Positions 60,284 to 64,000 of a stretch of 64,000 nt of DNA are shown here, in pieces; the stretch's first letter is position 1, and each line of letters begins with the position of its first letter. A program made the translations under genes and the position numbers. The stretch is from Patella caerulea (lineage: Eukaryota), in NCBI GenBank assembly GCA_036850965.1, contig JAZGQO010000009.1:225610-289609 (forward strand), read 5' to 3'. The notes under the pieces were generated by a model. It was not told the origin of the DNA and ran no database searches. It saw only the letters and a list, made by a program, of their open reading frames with translations.

Positions 60284-60411
60284 TCCCATGTATAAGCTGT
60301 GAGTACTCCATCATGTCCTATTGTAAATATTCTCTGTCCATCTTCAGAGAAAGTAACTGACTTGACGCCATCATTACGATATTCATGAGGTGTAATTGAA
60401 ACAGTTGCTTC
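60284..60411 (-). CDS. CFAP43/44-like exon (WD-repeat-like)
   Basis: Acceptor tttttttgaag|GAAGCAACTG. Translation EATVSITPHEYRNDGVKSVTFSEDGQRIFTIGHDGVLTAYTW. Donor GGGA|gtaagt. Confidence 0.6.
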
Positions 60412-60808
60412 CTTCAAAAAAAGTGACAACTTATGAACTTTGTGAGTAATGTCCAATTAACATCTTACGTTAATACATTAATCATCACCAATCTCTATCA
60501 TTATTAAAAACAAAAATGAAATACTTTGAACGAATGAAATTTTTCAGTCTAAAGTCTACTCTTATTTCAATTACCAAAGGTCCATCGGAAACATGCTGGC
60601 AATGGTCGAAAATGAACTATGGTCTTCCTTCCCATCCAAATGACAAGATTTATTATTAGACCCTCCATCTTGGATGACTGATATGGGGAGAACAGGCTAA
60701 TAAATGCTAAGGAACTTTCTCGACCATTACTGGGATATCCTGGTCAGTGAGCCAGCCCCCTACTCACCAAGCCCCCTAGGCTCCGTATAAAGGATTGAAA
60801 GGACTTAC

Positions 60809-60958
60809 CATATTACCAACAGATCTCAATATGACGGTACCATCTGTACCATATGATGCTATCCATTTACCATGAGGTGATAACTTTATCTCCCCACCAG
60901 GTAGTTGATGTCCACTTACTTCAGATGACGCAACTAAATATGACTCTGGACTCGTCAG
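60809..60958 (-). CDS. CFAP43/44-like exon (WD-repeat-like)
   Basis: Acceptor ttgttttattag|CTGACGAGTCC. Translation LTSPESYLVASSEVSGHQLPGGEIKLSPHGKWIASYGTDGTVILRSVGNM. Donor ATG|gtaagt. Confidence 0.65.
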
Positions 60959-61396
60959 CTAATAAAACAAAAAATGAATATCTAAGAATAAGATATAACA
61001 AAGATGTTCTGGTACTTTAAAGTCACTGATCATCATTTGAGGAAAATTGAATCACCTATAAACTACAATATTGTAAACATTGCATCTCTAAAAGAAATAA
61101 TATTTGTCTGTTCATTTACAAGATAAGATGAATTGCAAATTTTGCTGCATTTGGCACAATCTGCAGATGATACAAACCAGTGCCACCTATAAAATCTTTT
61201 GCTGGACTCTTTTTTTTAATCCAAAAAAATTAAAGCTGGGATATTTTTTTTTAATTAAATAATCAATCTGAGCGTTGATTCATCTGTATAAATTAGATAT
61301 CGCCCGAAAAATTCATGATCTTTAAAATCTATTCATAAAACACAAAATCAAAACCACAATTAAGATGTATAAGAATTCATAGAATTAACCACTAAC

Positions 61397-61581
61397 CTTT
61401 TTAGGTTTAACATCAGGTAGATTCATGGCCACTATCTTTTTGGATGTTTGTGAGATTGTATAGAGAGTGTTATCTATACCAACAGCTCCACCATATGATG
61501 GTATAGTTAGATGTAAATTCATCTTCTTAATACAATCATCTTTAAAATCACATTTCAGACTAGCATGTTTACTTCTTAAAT
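61397..61581 (-). CDS. CFAP43/44-like exon
   Basis: Acceptor tgttgttgttcag|ATTTAAGAAG. Translation (D)LRSKHASLKCDFKDDCIKKMNLHLTIPSYGGAVGIDNTLYTISQTSKKIVAMNLPDVKPKK. Donor AAG|gttagt. Confidence 0.65.
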
Positions 61582-61983
61582 CTGAACAACAACAAATACA
61601 CAAATTAATAACAGAAAATAAATGTAGGTAATCATAATACTTTGCTATATTCCAGTTCCAGAAAGGAATAATTAAGTCTAAAAATTAACTCTACTAAGGT
61701 TTTCACTTCATAAAGTCAATTTTTTGATCTACTTGTAGTTTGTTTATCTCAGATAAGCAAGGCATTTTTTCTTTTTTTCAAAAATACAGCCAGCCAAGAC
61801 GGGAAAATGAAATAGAAACAAGTGCCTCAGAATCTACATAAATCCTGATCTGAATTATCTATTCTTTCTATCCAACTCATCCACTCCCTTTATCCGACTT
61901 TTAAATTCCCACCAGATAAAATTCCTACCCTTTTACCTCTCTAAGTGTCAAATTAATGTGAATCAATCAATGTATTCCATTAC

Positions 61984-62127
61984 CTGTTGTAATATCCGAA
62001 GGAAGAGTAAAATATATAAGTTTATTGGCTCCAGATCGTTTATCTGTTTGTGTACTTGTTGTCACGACAACCTTCACATCTTCATCTTTATTCATAGATG
62101 ATAAAGATATAATATCTCCTTCATAAT
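61984..62127 (-). CDS. CFAP43/44-like exon
   Basis: Acceptor tttgtttttatag|ATTATGAAGG. Translation (D)YEGDIISLSSMNKDEDVKVVVTTSTQTDKRSGANKLIYFTLPSDITT. Donor ACAG|gtaatg. Confidence 0.65.
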
Positions 62128-62139
62128 CTATAAAAACAA

Positions 62140-62340
62140 AACAAAAACAAATATCTTTATAAATATCTCCAAAACAAAAACAAATATCTTTATAAATACC
62201 TCCAATACAAAAACAAATATCTTTACAAATAACTATATTACAAAAACAAAAATCTTTATAAATACCTCCAATATAAAAACAAATATCTTAATAAATTACT
62301 CCAATACAAAAACAATTATCCCAAATTCAAAGAAATAGTT
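62140..62340. repeat. Intronic minisatellite (about 32-bp unit caaaaacaaatatctttataaatacctccaata x6)
   Basis: Six imperfect head-to-tail copies. Confidence 0.8.
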
Positions 62341-62521
62341 TAACTTCCTACTTTTCTGTACCAACTGGGATAATGAAGATGGGCATATGTCATGCAGTCT
62401 GCTACAAAGGAACAATTTTTAACTTTCAAAGATTTGTTAATGTACATCAGACCTTGTGTTATGAACCACTGTTCCTTGCAGATTCTTCATGTACCTTTTG
62501 TAAATTTCTACATTTATTTAC

Positions 62522-62625
62522 CTGTGTAACCAAGTACTTCAAATTTAGTTGAAGGTCGTCCATCAATCACAAAAACATGTGAGTTATTGGCAGCAGCAAA
62601 TAAATACTGTCCCTCTGGAGAAAAA
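62522..62625 (-). CDS. CFAP43/44-like exon (WD repeat)
   Basis: Acceptor ttttttttttcttcag|TTTTTCTCCAG. Translation (S)FSPEGQYLFAAANNSHVFVIDGRPSTKFEVLGYT. Donor ACAG|gtaaat. Confidence 0.7.
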
Positions 62626-63043
62626 CTGAAGAAAAAAAAACAAAATACTAAATTAATTACAGTTGAAACTAAAAGCAACATTATACTTGAAACGCTATAT
62701 ATATACATGATTTGCAAGAAGATACAAAAGATGGCCATGACCAATTGTTCAATTTTGATTATCACAGAGTCATAAGGCCACCTATAATTGGTTATCATTA
62801 TGTCAATATTCATAACATTACATACTCTCAATATTCTAATATAACCAGGTAAAATAGTTGTATACCTGACCAAAAAATATCAATAGAGATTAACAATAGT
62901 GATCTATGCTGTAAAGTTGTAACCTTAAAGGCAGTGACGCAAAATTATACAGAGATATTGTTTTAGAATGAGGTCTGAGGCGCTATGTTTCAAATATTCT
63001 TAATAACTGTGAAGCTCTGGCAGTAAAATACTATAATACATAC

Positions 63044-63192
63044 CTGAGATGTATAATAGGTTGTCTAGCGATTCTGTATCTATCAACTATTCTAGGAGAT
63101 TCAATATTTGTGTAATCTATGAAATATAAATAACCAGCTTCTGTACCAACAACAACTAGATGACTCATAGGACTACATGATAAACTTATAAC
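63044..63192 (-). CDS. CFAP43/44-like exon (WD repeat)
   Basis: Acceptor ttctattacag|GTTATAAGTT. Translation VISLSCSPMSHLVVVGTEAGYLYFIDYTNIESPRIVDRYRIARQPIIHL. Donor CTCAG|gtatgt. Confidence 0.7.
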
Positions 63193-63716
63193 CTGTAATA
63201 GAATTTTTAAAAACACTGCAATAATAAATACTATTATAATACAAGATGACATAGACATCAACGCATAAAAAACAAGTAAAATTTGTTTCTGCAGAAATTT
63301 CTAAAAAGCCAAATGCACAAATACTATAACATAAAAATATTTCAACATATAATGTTATCTTTAAGTTTACTAATTATCATTTGGGATTGATAACGACAAG
63401 AGGATACTTGTCGAAATATCGTGCTATACGTGTATAATAGATTTTCATAGTTTCAGTAGGGTGTTGGGGGTGGGGCAGTGGTACCAGTAGGTAGGAACAC
63501 CTCTAGGATGCACATTTAGTTGTCTACATTAAGTGCAAAATGGCGTCAGCAGAAGCCCAATAACCTCCCTGACAAAAATTAGGCGACATGTGTTCAAAGT
63601 GTTAACTTATAGCCCCATTCATTTTAAAAATCATTCTAACATGCCAGGCCTGTCTGTACTAATCATCCATCATAAAACTTAAAAGTAGTAAAAGTATAAA
63701 ATTATGTTATAATTAC

Positions 63717-63797
63717 CGGTGTTTTAACAGATAATGAAGATATTAATAAACCTTTATCATACGACCATCCTTGTATTTCTCCATCTTCTCTTGCACT
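63717..63797 (-). CDS. CFAP43/44-like exon (WD-repeat tail)
   Basis: Acceptor gtaatatttgtag|AGTGCAAGAG. Translation SAREDGEIQGWSYDKGLLISSLSVKTP. Donor CCG|gtaatt. Confidence 0.55.
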
Positions 63798-64000
63798 CTA
63801 CAAATATTACAATTAAAATACATTACTAAGATATGAGGTATCTAGGGCTGTAGTCGAAGTTAAGCAACTGTATGTGGGTGCAGCTCACATAGAAATTTTC
63901 TTTCTTTATCAAGTATCAATCTGTTTGTAAAATACTTTTTCAACTGGTAGGTGGCACTAACTTTTTTACATTGTCTGCAGAATGTTTCAAAATTTTTAAT

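Larger units (their letters stand above)
43075..64000 (-). other. Gene span (3' part; the 5' end lies beyond the window): WD-repeat plus long coiled-coil protein, CFAP43/CFAP44-like (cilia- and flagella-associated). At least 32 coding exons, all junctions phase-consistent
   Basis: Upstream exons (60284-63797) encode WD-repeat-like beta-strand segments (e.g. HLSFSPEGQYLFAAANNSHVFVIDGR, SPHGKWIASYGTDGTVILRSV, FSEDGQRIFTIGHDGVLTAYTW). Downstream exons encode E/K/R/Q-rich heptad coiled coil ending ...AQAQEVAVLRAEVERLRMRTFPALVQVEH*. Each exon has an AG acceptor and a GT donor. Confidence 0.6.

Noticed and set aside
1-64000. Prokaryotic-style reading of the window (operons, defence system, CRISPR array)
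   Set aside because: The sequence is clearly eukaryotic. It has GT-AG introns with phase-consistent exons, tRNA-derived SINEs, a LINE, a DIRS retrotransposon, TTAGGG repeats and about 65 percent AT. The tandem arrays at 52380-52760, 54230-54560 and 62140-62340 are intronic minisatellites with no unique spacers, not CRISPR.

Overview
The window is eukaryotic, AT-rich genomic DNA with spliceosomal introns, (TTAGGG)n-type telomeric repeats and abundant tRNA-derived SINEs. It looks like a marine-invertebrate (possibly mollusc) nuclear genome, not a prokaryotic locus. No CRISPR array, operon or defence island is present. From the sequence I can support these features, all on the minus strand unless noted. 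(1) A roughly 5.2 kb DIRS-like tyrosine-recombinase retrotransposon at about 4135-9300, with gag, RT, an RNase H remnant, a methyltransferase-like domain, the recombinase, inverted termini and an internal complementary region. It abuts fragments of a rhodopsin-like GPCR gene at 3378-4134. (2) A multi-exon gene for a C-type-lectin, Cys-rich, Ser/Thr-rich mucin-like, transmembrane protein at 22993-30482. (3) An intronless 396-aa Gln/Pro/Tyr-rich ORF at 38470-39660. (4) A large gene of at least 32 exons at 43075 to beyond 64000, encoding a WD-repeat plus long coiled-coil protein that resembles the cilia/flagella-associated CFAP43/CFAP44 family. Its reading frame stays consistent across every exon boundary I derived. 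The rest of the window is mostly interspersed repeats: a plus-strand LINE 3' fragment at 900-1780, two tRNA-derived SINE families (family A shares a 3' module ending in (CT)n tails and carries at least three different heads; family B is a second family), a Tc1/mariner remnant, MITE and foldback elements, minisatellites and microsatellites. The most unusual items are three foldback elements that each carry (TTAGGG)-like repeats at their centre, and the modular SINE family. All coordinates come from manual reading and are approximate to within a few bp for repeats. Exon boundaries were derived from AG/GT signals plus phase consistency.
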